This document shows positions 23,741 to 37,900 of a DNA stretch of 64,000 bases, piece by piece. Where the stretch lies: positions 1-64,000 of the forward strand of contig JASANG010003525.1 of assembly GCA_030248215.1 (NCBI GenBank). The letters are read 5' to 3'. The DNA is from Enoplolaimus lenunculus. Its lineage: Eukaryota. Position 1 is the first letter of the stretch. Every line of letters starts with the position of its first letter. The notes beneath the pieces were generated by a model that searched no databases, was not told the origin of the DNA, and saw only the letters and a list, made by a program, of their open reading frames with translations. The translations under genes were made by a program, and so were the position numbers.

Positions 23741-25551
23741 AGTTCAACAGCCGCAACAGTATGTATTTACCGAGTTAAATGAGACGATGTTCAGCTTGCG
23801 GTCTATCGTCCAAGGTGCTTTCTACTAATTTGAGAAACCCAAACTGATCCTAATTTACACTGATGCTTGAACCCTCACCAATTGATCATACCTTTAATAT
23901 TGTAACGGTGGCCCTATACTTTGTACAATTTTTATCGTCTTCCGGCGTCGTCCGTCGCCTTGCGTCATCGCGCGTCACCATCCGCATAAAAGCTGCAGCA
24001 TATAAACGTGAACCTGTGAATTGCTTTGCCACACAAAGGTTAATTGTTAGGACAGTCTGAAAGTCTGTTAAAACGGCCCCGATCTCAAAGTGGGCTGCTG
24101 AGAGGGGCATCAATCGCTAACTCGCCGATCTTGAAGCCAGCAGAAAGGTTGATTAACTATTGCGTAACAGCTGAATACATCGTATGATTTACAACCTTTT
24201 TAGCAGTTCCCGAACGAGCAAAAACATCAACGACAGCTTCACTGCGTTTCCGGCCCATGTTGTTTGTACGACCGTCCGTCTCAGTTTCTAATGAGACTGC
24301 AAAATTGTAGCCTTAAATTTTAGCCTATTTTTGCTTATTCTTAGGTTTTGAGTGTTCGCTTCGGAATATGCTTAATATTCTACAGTTACGGCCACAAAAT
24401 GTACATAATATTGCCCGAGTAATCAAAGCATTTTACAATGGTTGATTTGTTTGAAAACATATCGCTGATGACGTGTGCTATAAACGCTTTTGTACCGACT
24501 ATGCTAAACCAAAGTTTTAACGGTCGACATATCACGAGTGGAACTAAGATTATCAAAACTAACCCAATTTGACAAAACAGCAATAACAAAAAAGCTTCAA
24601 AATACTGAAAACGATCATATACATGGTTATGAACCTTGCAAACTTTGAGCAAACTTGATATCCATAATCTCAACTGTTATTCAATAAGGTGCCAAACACC
24701 CGGAACTGGAAGTTGAAATATTTGTATTCTTCGGTCAAATTTAAATTTTATAAACGAAACTCATTTCAAAATATACAAAAAAACGAGCATTATACTTCGC
24801 AAAAGAAAACCTTGCAAAATACGCAATAATTTTGCAATTTTGAAGTATAAACTCGTATTGCGCAAAGCTATATATATTGCAGTTTGGTGTATATATGTGT
24901 GTTCGTGCAGTTAAATATTTTTCGCTGGGGAAGAGTCGAAACACACACACACATAGAGAATTGAACACACGACGGGTGGGGGGCAAGAGATGGTGTAAAC
25001 TAAAAACTAATGAATCCTATGCATCGCGACAAGGTAGAGCCATGCACAGGCTGGTAGTGACGGTCTCAAATATAGAAATTCGACGTTCGACGTGTTTCAC
25101 ACGAAAATTTTTGCGATATTTTGCACTCGAAAATTTGTGAAAATCAACACAAATAGTTAATAATATATTGCTATGTGAGAGACAGACTAAATTATAAATA
25201 AAATCATTTTATTAAGCTTTAGTGCTTGTATAGTTTTGTATAAAGTGGTGAGATTACAACATTGCAACTCGTCTTCATGTGTATATTCTGCTTTAGAGTT
25301 GCGTCGAATTTTAGCGAAGAATCGGATCAAAACACTTGAAATTTATTAAGTTACAAGAATAGAAAACTTCAGCGAATTTACCTTTGTGATTCGACTGATT
25401 ACCTAATAGTATTATCAGCGTAGCAGGCACATACTAAAACGAACACACAGGTTCATTGCTCAAAAAGCCAATGATCGAACACGATTGTTTAACTCACTCT
25501 GAGACTTAATTCTTGATGAGGCGAGAATAAAATCGAGTTCTGAAAAAACTA

Positions 25552-25983
25552 TTGTAGTGACCCGAATACGAGGGGGGACTGATATATATTTGGTCCCTCC
25601 AGAGGGTAGCTCCACCTGTTACTTGGTTACGGACTGTTATTTATCTTTAATCCACGTTCCGCCACCCTTTGTAACTGATACATATCCGGTAGGTATATAC
25701 TGCAACTACCCGTTGAATTAAACGTTAATTTGACTTGTGTCAGCAGATTGAGCGATAATGCAAGGTTTTATACTCAGGATTAGGAATGTACTTTCAAAAT
25801 TTAAGTACGCTTTAAAGTTTCGAACTCAAATTATTTGGTCATGGAGCCATTTATGCCTACAAATAGGAATAATTGACATTTACGGACTCCAATTAGGGTT
25901 TATGGACTCTATCCGCTTACGGACACTTACTAGGGATACGGACTCCTATTGATTGGGACCCCCTCTTATTCGGGTCGCTACAG
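25552..25983 (-). mobile_element. MITE family A copy, inserted within an AATCAACTCA-type repeat
   Basis: TTGTAGTGACCCGAATACGAGGGGG ... CCCTCTTATTCGGGTCGCTACAG-TA; the flanks resemble the element at 62198-62525. Confidence 0.8.
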
Positions 25984-26274
25984 TATTTCAGGCTCAATGA
26001 ATCAACTCATTCTGAATTAAACCAATTCACTGGAGTCTACAGTGTGCTATTAACCTATATATTCATTCATTTTTAACCTCTGGTTCCGGTAGTGTTTGTC
26101 TAAAGCTATATAGCAAATAAACTTATTTCAATGCAAAATGCACGAAAAATCATCGTCTAGACTTTAAAACAATTGTTCGGTTAATCTGAAAAGATTTAAC
26201 TAATAATGTGCTTAAGCTTACAATTGTTCGGTTAATCTGAAAAGATTTAACTAATAATGTGCTTAAGCTATTAA

Positions 26275-26542
26275 CACTTTATCACATGAATATTCTCCAC
26301 TTTATCTGAGCTGAGACCTACTTTTATGCTAGGATTCGAACTCTAGTGACTGGAATGGGATGTTTTACCGTCACCACTCAACTATAGGAGCTTGACGCTC
26401 AAGCCCGAGGAGGCTCTGACGGCTTGTGGTGATTTAGTACTATGTACACGTGTTGCATTTTTAAACTCTGTGCGATATATATTATTTTACGTATATACAC
26501 TGGCGCTGAGTTACCTACAGTAGAACTCTATGTGAGAAGGTG
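26275..26542 (+). mobile_element. piggyBac-like MITE family E, degenerate copy
   Basis: TTAA-CACTTTATCACATGAATA ... ATGTGAGAAGGTG-TTAT; colinear with the adjacent copy. Confidence 0.75.
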
Positions 26543-26575
26543 TTATAGATAGTAAACTGAAAATTTTTCGCTTAA

Positions 26576-26839
26576 CCCTTTATCAGATGAATATTTTTTA
26601 TTTCATCTGAGACCTACTTTTCTGCTAGGATTCGAACTCCAGTGACTGGAATGGGAGGCGTTTATCGTCACCACTCAACTATAGGAGCTTGACGCTCAAG
26701 CCCGAGGGGGCTCTCCCGTCTCGTGGTGATTTAGTACTATGTATACGTGTTGCAATTGTAAAACACTGTGCGATATACATCATTTTACGTATGTACACTG
26801 GCGATGAGTTGCCCATAGTCAACTCTCTGTGAGAAGGGG
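26576..26839 (+). mobile_element. piggyBac-like MITE family E (TTAA TSD, CCC..GGG ends) with an internal tRNA-like segment
   Basis: TTAA-CCCTTTATCAGA ... TGTGAGAAGGGG-TTAA; minus strand carries A-box-like and GTTCGAATCC B-box motifs. Confidence 0.85.
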
Positions 26840-27039
26840 TTAAACACCAAATCAGCTCAATATAATCGCTGTAGTTTTAATAAACTTTAAATAGATATCA
26901 GAAACAGGGTGTAACAGATAAAATTTTTTAAATAACAACATATAAATTTAAATTGCATCAAGACAATTCGTCGCCCGACAACTTACTATCTAAAATCTCG
27001 TCAATGCAACAATTTGTCGCCCATCGCTATGCTTGTCAC

Positions 27040-27202
27040 GGCCAATGTTACTTTTAGTAGCGTAACAGTAGATTAAGTGTATTCCTAAGCCTAAGCCTTG
27101 CAAAAATGTGTTCGACTAAGCAAAAAAATTTAATCCAGAATCTAAACCTACTCTTTTATAGACCTACCAGAAACCTGGACGCCCGTTGAAGTAACATGGG
27201 TT
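27040..27202 (-). mobile_element. MITE family B variant
   Basis: GGCCAATGTTAC ... GTAACATGGGTT, flanked by CTTGTCAC / CTTGGCAC (7 of 8 match); CCTAAG repeats inside. Confidence 0.65.
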
Positions 27203-28957
27203 CTTGGCACTATACTTAGTTACCTGTCCGGGCGACTAATTGGCGTAGATTTCCATGTAACTGTTGATATACGATGTTTTTTGACACGCAAGCGATTCAT
27301 TTTAGCGTTCCAGACTATGTTTGATCTAACGTTGTCCGAGTTCTCTCTCGTGTTTGATAGCTCTCGTGTTTGATAGCTGTAGGGAAAACCTTTCAAAATC
27401 TGTTTCACGGAAAAGTTGCAAAATGATAAATCTATAAAATGAAACCATCTTTAAAATGAACCAAACTACGCGCGCAGCGAGAACTGTTTTGATATGTTCT
27501 TTCAAAGTAGCTATAAAACTCATATTTTAGGTAAAACCTTTTACAATCTTCATATGTTTCAACCAGGGTAGACAGCACAAGGGCAATAAATGTTGCAGCA
27601 AAAAGAAACAGAAAAATCTCCAATAAATATAACTCTTTAAGGTTAAAGAAGTATATAGTAAGCAGAAATGCTACTGAAATTCTGGTTTGATTGAAAAACC
27701 ATTTTTACAGCATACTTGTTCGCACCGTAGGACTGCAGCGGAGAGAGGAGATACAACCCTACTCGCAGTGCGTCCGTATCTGAGGAGCAACCGCAGTTTT
27801 GGTAAAGTGCCAATGAATTTAGAACCTCTAAACATGTGTTTTCGTGGTCTTTGCAGAAGTTTAGGAGGCTTGTATTCCCCTATTTCTCCTACTGGCGGAT
27901 CAAAAAGCGAAACTAAGATTTTGTATTTAACGATTTAGCACAAAAACGGCTGGTAAAAACGGGAAAAAACCGAAAACCCGTTTTTCGTTGATTTTTTCCC
28001 GTGCCCAACCTTGCGCACAAATGACAGTTCAGGAATCATGTCAAAAATACAAACCGCTTTTCGAGTTTTGAAAAAGTGTTTATTTTATGTTTCTGGACAC
28101 GCAAGCGATTCATTTCAGCATCCCTCCGCTTACAGAAAAGCGTTTTGAAAAATGCTTTATGAAACACGAAACTAGCGTTTCTTTTTTGACACAATTACTG
28201 AGTATTGGAAAGAACTATAAGTACAACAAAATTATACAAGAATCAAACATCACACATCTGAAATATCATTTTAATAGAGTACTAGCAATTCGAGTTAAAA
28301 ATTACAACAATCACAGTGTTAATTATATCACAAGGTCGAAGGTACAACGATGTCAAATTTGAACTTTAATCGAACTAGTTTCTCGGCAAAAGTATAGTCA
28401 GGCATGTAGGCAATCATCTTTAGCTCATAGTATGTATTTGCTGAGGGCTGCAGTATACCAATTGCCGTATACCAACCAAATAACCTCTAAACTCTCCGCG
28501 CTATACACCGAAACAACTCCAATATGGTTTAAGTAATTATCCCAAAAAATTAGTTACTTTATGCTGATTTAAGTCTTAACCATTCAATAAACATCACTGT
28601 AAGAAACCATTAATCACTTCAACATGAGCCCATTTTTTTGAAAAAACCCGTTTTATTCATTAAAATAAGGCATTCTGAATTGCAAAAAAGTTTATGTTTA
28701 GCAACAAACTTAACTATTTACAACTCTACTCAACTATGTTTCAGTTCCAATAAAAACCGATTTCTCCGGTTAAAATCTAGGTTGTCAGTGGTCCGCCGGT
28801 TTATAATAAAATGTCAGGGCCGATTTTATTGCCAGTTCAGACCTGGTTCAATTTAACAACAATCCAGTTTTACCAGCCATCTACATAGATTCTCAATTAT
28901 TGACAAAAGTTTGTTCATGCAAACCAACTCCAATTTCCCACAAAACCAATTTCTATT

Positions 28958-31900
28958 CTACACTGAAACTGGCTTCAACTTTACAGCACCGGTCCGGTAC
29001 GATTCGACATACTCGTGATAGATCGCCATACTTTCTTCATTGGGTTCACACGGTCCAAACTGGCCACAACGGACTGCCTTCTCGTAGACTTCTCTCGCGT
29101 CAATTGTCACAATTGGAATCGTTTCTTCAAAATACTTACGATAATCGTCTAACGGCTCAATTTCATCTGCAACCCATTGATTACTGACGCGTACTATGCG
29201 ACTGCTGGTTTTGCGTATCACGGCATACGGCGGTGTGCTGCTCTCTGCGCTATCACCGGCTTTTTCTTCCCTATCAAGGTCGATTTTGTCGCGAGATGCC
29301 CGGTATTTTTCATCCTTACCTACGCTGTTTTCTTCGCTATAGTCATGCTTGCCCTCTTCATTATGACCATCACTATTCGTTTGCTCATGTTGGTTGTCCC
29401 ATTTAATTTCTTCAAAAATCGTCATTGACTCTTTCGAAGATTCTTGTACGATCCCGACTTCTTTTAGCCTGCCACTGTCGTATTTTTCCTTTTGTTTCTC
29501 TTCTCTATTCTCGCTGTCTGCATCTTGCTCGGGTAGGTGATTACAAAGCTCACTAACGGCATCTGTCAAATTTTCTGTTGGCCGCAAATCGTATGCGACA
29601 CAACATCGTTCGCTCGCCGGCAACAACAAGCTCGACAGCGTTGGTGTAAGCTGGAGCTGAAGTGACATCACCGCGAACCACGAGTAACGCTCGAAGTCTG
29701 CTGAATTGGGCGTCGACAGCTCAAATCCGTAGACTTCGAGTGTCGACGGGAACAATCGAGACCAACAGCAGTTGCGTTGCTGCCGTTGCCAATGCACGTT
29801 ATCATCGATAACGTGATCGTTGTCGAGTTTAACAATCGATACTAATGATTGATAGATCGGATTCGACAGCGATGACCTCATCGACAATGAGGTATTGTTA
29901 ACGCATGACGTCATAGGTGGAGATGTGACGTCTGGACATGCCACCATCGCTGGCGACTTAACGCCTGGACATGATGTGATCGATGGTGACGCTACCTCTA
30001 GTTTTTGTCTCTGTGTGGTGAGCTGTGTCATCAGACGAGACGACAAATTCGACAGACGATGTTGACTAGTCGCCGGATACGATGTTAACTGATCGGGATA
30101 AGGTAAAGGCACATTATCTGTAATAGCGATGACATTATCAGCGTCAACAATTGCAGCAGAAGACGTATGACCGTTACCAAAATCTTCGTCATCGCTATCG
30201 GTGGCTGAATGCTGGCTGACTGTATCGGCGTTTGATGTTTGTTTGCTGTCACGAGATACACCTGGTACACCCGTAGAACAGCTAACATTATTCGTCGGGC
30301 TGGCTGAAAGAATTGCATCGACATAGGTAAGGTTCCACAAGTGGAATATTCCTAACACGAGTCAAACCACCATTAAGAGATATTTATCCTGAAGTTTAAG
30401 GAACATTTTCAGCAGTTAAGACAAGAAACTTGCTATCATAAATTAATCATTCACATATGCCAATTCTGACTGTTAATTCATTAGCTTAATAAATATCCAC
30501 AACTAACTCTACTGACCATAGTCTCTTTAAGCATAGTGAGTTCAAATATAATCGCTGCAAAATACTGTACAGGTAAATTAGCTAGCTTCTCGCCAATTTA
30601 TTAAATTAGCTTTTCCACTTAATCTCAACTTAGTTTACTATCTTGCTAAATTAGGTATCAGTAGCAGCCAAACACTTAAGATTTTAGGTATTGTAATAAA
30701 TAAAGGTAGAACATCGCCTTTGAATTGTCAGCGAGATCGATCTCCGCTTAAGCAATGTAATTCCATTAAAACCGTTCAGAAACATTAAATCGAATATTTT
30801 CGGGAGCTGTCCGTCTCTGTCCGTCAGCATAAAGCGGCACACACGAGTTACCTACCACCCAGCGCCAAACCACAATTCCCAAACGAAGCCGAACAGTAAC
30901 GGAGGGCGTCGCTCGACAAATATATTACTACCCTTACCGGCGTCAGGACTGCGTCTCCATAGTTTATTGAACATCGCAAATGACGAATCAGGCATCGGTG
31001 CTGTCAACGAACCAATAGGAAACCGGCATTTCGTGCGTGATGGGATGAGGTCATCGAATGACGTCATTTCCCATGTACGATAATGTCGGTTATAATCACG
31101 TAAGTTTGTATCGTCGCTATCAATTACTTCATGTTCATGATCTGTGTTTATTTTTGACACTGTAGTTTGCTTTTCATTAGTGTATTTGATACAACGCGGT
31201 CTAGAAATCAAAGTGAAATGTTAACGCGATAAAAAACAGAAAACGCATCCGATCCTTTGTGTCTAGTACTATGTGAACTGCCTGAAGGTAATCGAACAAA
31301 AGCACATGCTTTTAGCTGTTAGTCAGGGAGTAAAACGGAACTGGTTTATACCGGAATCGGAATCGGAACAGGAAATTTATACGTGAATCGGAAACGGAAT
31401 CGTAACTACAAATTTTGTGACTATACAGATAACTTTTATTAAGTATAATATTGATTTAAGGTGTCTGTTGGCTGGGAGCAATTCTCAAAAACGTCGCATG
31501 AACAAATTGGCAAAAAATTTTTAGTTATCTAAAGCTAAAATACAATCAATTATTGATAAGTTAACTCATCGAAAATAATTTAATAGATAAATAATGTAAA
31601 ATTTTTATGCATCATACAACAAAACGTAGGCCTAAAATTAAAATGTCAAAATTCCGATTCCGATTGTTGTAAATCGGAATTTCGATAACAACCTGCTGTC
31701 AAGAAAGTACTGTGACATCGCCGCGGTTCGCAGAAGTAGTATTCTCCAAATAAGAGGGTAGACGAAAAACACAACGCATGCCGGTATATTCATTCCTACA
31801 CAGAATGTTGTCAGTTGCATACTCTTACTGAAGTATGCATCATCCACTTTTGCGTAGATTGATACATTAAACTCTATCATAACGCTGTACATTATTCTGC

Positions 31901-34900
31901 GCGAGGGTACAACGGTTAAGAATACTTTCAAATAGGCTTTGAATTACATAAACTTTCTCTAATAGCCAAATAATGAAGCCTGCTCAAAATTCCTGAAACC
32001 GCGCAAACAAGTTGACACAACACTATGTCCAGCCATTATTGTATCATTGTATTCATTACCTTCTTTGCGATTCCGGGTCAACATCAAACCACTCGTACCA
32101 TTTCGAAACATTCTCAAGCATTGCATTCCATCCAGACGCGTTGTGCAAATACGTATCGGTTGTCAGTTCCCACATCGCAGGCAGTTTGCCACCAGGCCGA
32201 TATACGCCCTAAAATATTTACAAACAAACATACAAAAATTACCCATAACAAAAATAAAAATAATAACAGTAATAATACAAACAATGATGCCTTTTGCTTG
32301 CTTATCAAAAAGCATGGCTCCTAACTTTTCTTTCAACGTCCATCTGTTTTCATCACGAGGACTGTCTGTTCTCCTTTCGCTTAGCCGAAAGCCACCAATC
32401 CCTTGCAGACTTACTGCAATGCATGTTTTAACTAATTGTACCTATTATTAACTCGGGGTTGAACTAAAGTGTCTCAGCAAAAGTGGTATAATAAACATAA
32501 CACATAGTGCTACCCTTTCCAAACTCGAGTTTTATTATGTTGAGAAAACAAAATTTAAAATTAACTACAAAGACCTTTTAATTTAGGTCAAAAATTATTT
32601 TTGTGTACTCAAGTTAGTGTTGTTTTCGCTGAAAAGTGCACCCTGCACAAAATCTTAATTTGAACGTAGTCATACGCCAAATTACCAAAAACAAATTGAT
32701 GGAATTTTGCTTGTCAGCATCAGAAAACGTATTTGAATAGTATCTTGACATAGTTTGCACAATATCACGCGTCTTTTCTCGAAACAGTCCCCCGGATTTT
32801 TTGTAATTTTTCACCGAATGTACCAAATGCGAACCGGCGTACTGCATTGCAAGTGTATCGCCTTAAGTATTAAAATTACTGCAGTGTTAAAACATCTCCC
32901 ATATAAACAAGTGTAATTACACCTCACGTAAACTTTTGACAGTTACAAATCTGACCAGTTTCTACTGTTCAAGTCAGAATTGTTTTGCAAAGGAACTAAT
33001 TTCGTGCGTTCAGATGAAAATTTAATACTAAAAATTAGACATACTGCACTAATCGAGACTATTTTAGCATAACAGTAACGTAATGTGAGTGATCCACTAA
33101 CTTAAAGTTAGCAATGCAAAGCGTTTCATTACTTACAAAATCATTAACTGAGATTCTAATTACAACAGCAGTCAATAAACCTTAAGCTGACGTCTAACCC
33201 TGTTCTTGATACATCGTTTCCAAAATCCGTGCCGGTTCAGTACTCAAATCAAGTATTGGATCACTAATTGCACCGAGTGCGTACAGTTGATGTACAAGTG
33301 CAACTTTTCCTATCACAAACTGTGCAGCGTTGGTTCTGTCTAAACAGTCCACGCAGTTCGTACGCGCAACTCCCCGCTGCCACAGAGGAAACGTTGACTC
33401 CAGTAACATATCTTAAATTTAAAAATATAAAAACTTGCACGAAAATCACAAAACTCTTCTGCAAATAAAAAGGTCTTCGACATACTGATTTAGTATACCT
33501 GTCTTAGTATAACCATACAGTTTTAAAACACCCATTAAACCGGAATTAAACTTGTTCAAAGTCAAACTTGGCACTACAAGATGACTTCTTAATTGTGAAT
33601 TTTCTACCTTAAGATCTCATAATAGATATCACCAAAACAAATTTTTTGTGGAAATCTCCTCCAAACATATAACTTATAACTGCTACTTCACAAATAACCT
33701 TCAAACTGCTACACGAATTACTCAAATGGACATTAAATCAAAGTGACAGTAACGATACTAAAATTTTTAACTTAAGCAGAAAAACTCAATACTAGGCTCC
33801 GATATTTTTAACATACCTCTGCCCTTTGGTAAATTGAGCCCTCAGCAAAACGTACCTTGCCACTCTACGTCGTCCGAAAGCATCACAACATGTGAAAAAA
33901 ACGGCCGAAAAGACTGAAACCAACGATTTTTGCGCAGAATATAATGTGCAATATTGTCAAGTTTCGTTAGCACACCACCAGTTTTATTACACCATGCCAT
34001 ATCAAAATTGATCAGCTGGATACGACGAGGCGGTTCCAAAAATTGGTTCAAATATTCGATATCGTCTTTAAGACATTCGCTAAAATTAAAAAGTACGCAC
34101 AGAAATATGAAAACATTTCAACATTTCAAGCTTTTGTTACTAATAGGTGATAAGTAACTTTCGCACAACTTAATTGCATCACCTGAACTCCAATACGTAC
34201 AGCAGAAGTTGTGACAACAGAATAGAATCGTTTCAAAAATACTTGAAACAAAGCTGTAATTTGAAAAATATCGGATTTTCAATCGCAACCAGAGAATAAA
34301 AATTACACCGAAAATTTGATTCTTACCATAATCTGATATACACTAAACATATTAAAGGATACCGAATTTCAATAATTTGCACATCAAAACCAAAATTCGG
34401 GTTGCACACTGAAACAGTTGTCCCTTCTTCGGCCCTGATCATTCAACTTAACTATCACCAGATTCTTATTTGAACGGTGTTCTTTTAACCTGATGATGCT
34501 TTCGTGTTTTCGTTTCTCATGTTGTTTGACCAGATTGACAACAATGATCGGAGTGCCGTACTTTGACATCATATCACGGAAATGTTTACCAGAAACATAC
34601 GCAAACGGATCACATAAGTCAAGTTCAATTTGAGGTTTTGCAACCATTTTTGTTTGATTCTTTAAAATTAAGTTTGCTCATAATAAAAGGTTTGCCAAAG
34701 TGGTCTGCCAGCCGATACTGCGGTATGCGCGAGAAATTCTATTCAGACGCAAAATTCACCTGTTGCAATAAGCGTATATAATTAGAAAAGTAATTATGCG
34801 CCATTCACATAATAAAACTCGGGCTGGCCACAAAATGTGCTATAGTCCAGGGTTAACGAGTGGTCGTTGACCATACCTCAACAACAATTTTTCGCTGACC

Positions 34901-37900
34901 CTACTTCAACACGAAATTTCTGTTGACCCTAGCTCAACGTGTCCCAGATTGCCCAAAGACACACGTTGAGGTAAGATCAACGCGTGGCAGAGAGGGTATA
35001 AAAAAGTGTGATACACACGGTTTGTGCAAGTCGATGAGGTAGGGTCAACGGAAAATTTTCATTGAGGTAGGGTCAACGACCACTCGTTAACCGTGGGCTA
35101 TACCACATTTTGTGGCCAGCCCGAATTTCATAATGTGAACGGTGCATTATAGTCAGCTTACAAATACAACACCTGCTCAGGAAATGTAAAAAGTAAGTAC
35201 TATACTAGAACGCGGTTGAAAATACAGCTGCTAGCCAGAAACAAACTATTCAATACAAAACAGAAAAAATAAATAATGACAACTAACGGAATATAAACCG
35301 TTAACGAAAAATGCGAGTGCATTACTATGTATACTCTTTGGTGTCAACTACCTACCAGTTGTTATAACCATATTGTAGTCACAGAAACAGGTAATTTACC
35401 TGTGACCAAATAGTTGGAATAGAGCCACGATGCTGTACAAATGACGTATAGAATCCGCGCTCGAACGAAGAAACGCTTGGATCAAATACTATCTGAAACA
35501 GTTGTCACCTTTCACAATTTCCAACAGCACCTATCACCGTTTGTGGTAGGTTTCGAAATGAACTAGCCCTAACGTAGCTGAGCCAACAAAAGTCAAAATA
35601 GTTAAGCAAAACCAACAAGAAAGGAAGAACCCAATCAACAAGGGATTAACCTGTTCAGTTTCTACTTCATTTGCAACGTAGCCTTCAAAATCAGCACCTC
35701 GTTTTAAGAACCGAGTCCCAGCAAAGCGACACGACCGCCGTGAAATGAGCATAATTGCTAAATTTGAGCTATACATACTGAGCACACGACAATATACTAC
35801 ACCGTGAATGAGTGGAAGTAGCCATCGATGATCAGAAACGCCTATAAAAACAAACAAATTAATTGTCAAAGTATACATACCGTAACAAACATCAACTCAT
35901 TGCAATATTCTCCTTGCTGAACAAATAGGATTTCTTTAATCAATGCTGTTTAAAATTTGGCTAAATTCCAAAATTAGACTGAAACGATTGAAGTTAAAAT
36001 CACATTAATGAGAGTGATGACTACGTCATGAACGAAATACTTAACTTAGTTCAAACTCAGTAATCGCTCGCACTGAATAAAAACACGAAACAAAACTGCT
36101 CTACAATACTGCAAAAAATAACAAACACTCTGATTTTAGTAAAGTCTACACATACTGTAATGTCTTAAGTGGGTAATAAGTAACAAGTAACCACATCTAT
36201 AAATCATCAAAAAATTATGGAAACTTATTAGAAGAGGGTTTGTGGTCGCATACGTTTTGGATCAACATTCAAACCGGACGGAAACCGTAGCCATACCTGC
36301 ATTTACCATAGATTCGATTAGAAATCGATTCCACACAAACCGCCCGTCATCGAGTATTGAACACTGGTCTGGAGGTAGAAAAGCGGATTTTACGTTATCT
36401 TGAAGAGTACGCCACAGTGGATAGCTGTACGAACAATAGAAATCTGTTGACAGATCAACCATCTGGAATGCCCGGAGATAGCGTTGTTCATCAGTGTTAG
36501 ATCTGTATAAGTTTACAATCAATTGGTGGAATATATACGTAAAACTCAGGCCTCACCAGTTATATCATTCTTTTCAAAATTAATCGCTTTAACATTTAAA
36601 ATCGGCTACACGTCTTAAAGACGTGAAACCAAGACTGCGAACCTGGCTATGGAAAACTACACATCCATAACCAACTTGGAAAACGGCCAACGATGTACAA
36701 TAACAGTCTAATGTCTTATAAAATTTTACTTTGAGTAAAAATATCAAAATATAATTCTAAATGTTATGAAACGTTACCTTGTATTGTCATCGGACGGAAT
36801 ATAAATCATACTGGTATCTTCAATCCTACACAATGTATGGTACCCCAATGTTGCGGTATAGCCAACTTTTGTCGCAAAAATCATATAATATCCTTCCAAG
36901 AATCGTACAGCACCTAAAATAACAGAAAATATAGACTTTTTTATGCACATACGAAAATAACTGACAGCTATTTCATTAAACCCTGCTCATACATCAAGTG
37001 AACATCTGAAACCTACACAAAATTTCCATATTATATAATACTGTCACTTTTCGTTTCACATAAGCTCAAACAAAAAGGCTTGCTGACCTATGATGCCATG
37101 AGTCTTCATATAAAGCAATGGTTTTGACCCCTTTGTTGTTGTTACAGGTGTTAACGTGGACACAAATGCACGAATTTCAGCTGCAGAGTAACATCTTGGC
37201 TGTTGTAAAATTTGTAGCGTGCCACGGTTTGTTCGATCAACCTATAAAATGCATAAACAAACATCATATCTAGAAGCATTACTGATATTACAGAACTTTC
37301 ATGTATGTTATAATGTAGTTCATCCGTCTACTAATCAATCAGTTGACTCGTCAGTGATTTATATACTCATAGTCCAATCAAATCACCAATACACATTATT
37401 TTCAAACTGCTCAATTAATGCACTTTGATAAGAATGTGCAAGACAAACGGGAATACCACATGCACAGCAAGCGCAAGATATGTTGGCGACCTTTGCTCGG
37501 GACAAAGTTGACAACGCTTGTGCTTTATGTCCTGCCCTTACTATCTGGTAGAAACAACCCTTTCGCAAGCCCAATGCTTCAGTGCCAAAACTCCAAGCCG
37601 GTTGAGCGTTACTATGTTAATCCTCTCTTTTATCCAGTTACCAAGTTGTTGCATTGCAAGTGCTTCGTGAGAAAGACGTCTTCGATAAGTTCTGTCGGCT
37701 TAGGACTCAGGATTCAACTGCTTGTAACCGACACACGTGTTGACACCTGCGAGACTCAGATCATAGTTAAAATACACCTGTGGCCATCGTTTTATGCATC
37801 CACTAATCATTTGCTGAAGCTACCCAAAATTATTTCTGGCTTTCCAAAATCAGTCGATACGTGCGTCGCAATGGATCGATGACAACTAGACCACAGATTT

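Noticed and set aside
22376..23756. Poly-Cys, poly-Leu, Trp/Cys-rich and Val/Gly-rich ORFs
   Set aside because: Alternative-frame readings of CAA/CCA repeats.
19830..24300. Scattered exon-like minus-strand segments (~19830-20085, ~21600-21781, 23771-23849, 23890-24297)
   Set aside because: Some splice-like ends, but in-frame stops, no consistent phases and no recognisable domain; cannot support a gene.
33817..33842. Extra FIG4 micro-exon
   Set aside because: Flanking exons already join in phase, and the preceding intron would be only ~15 nt.
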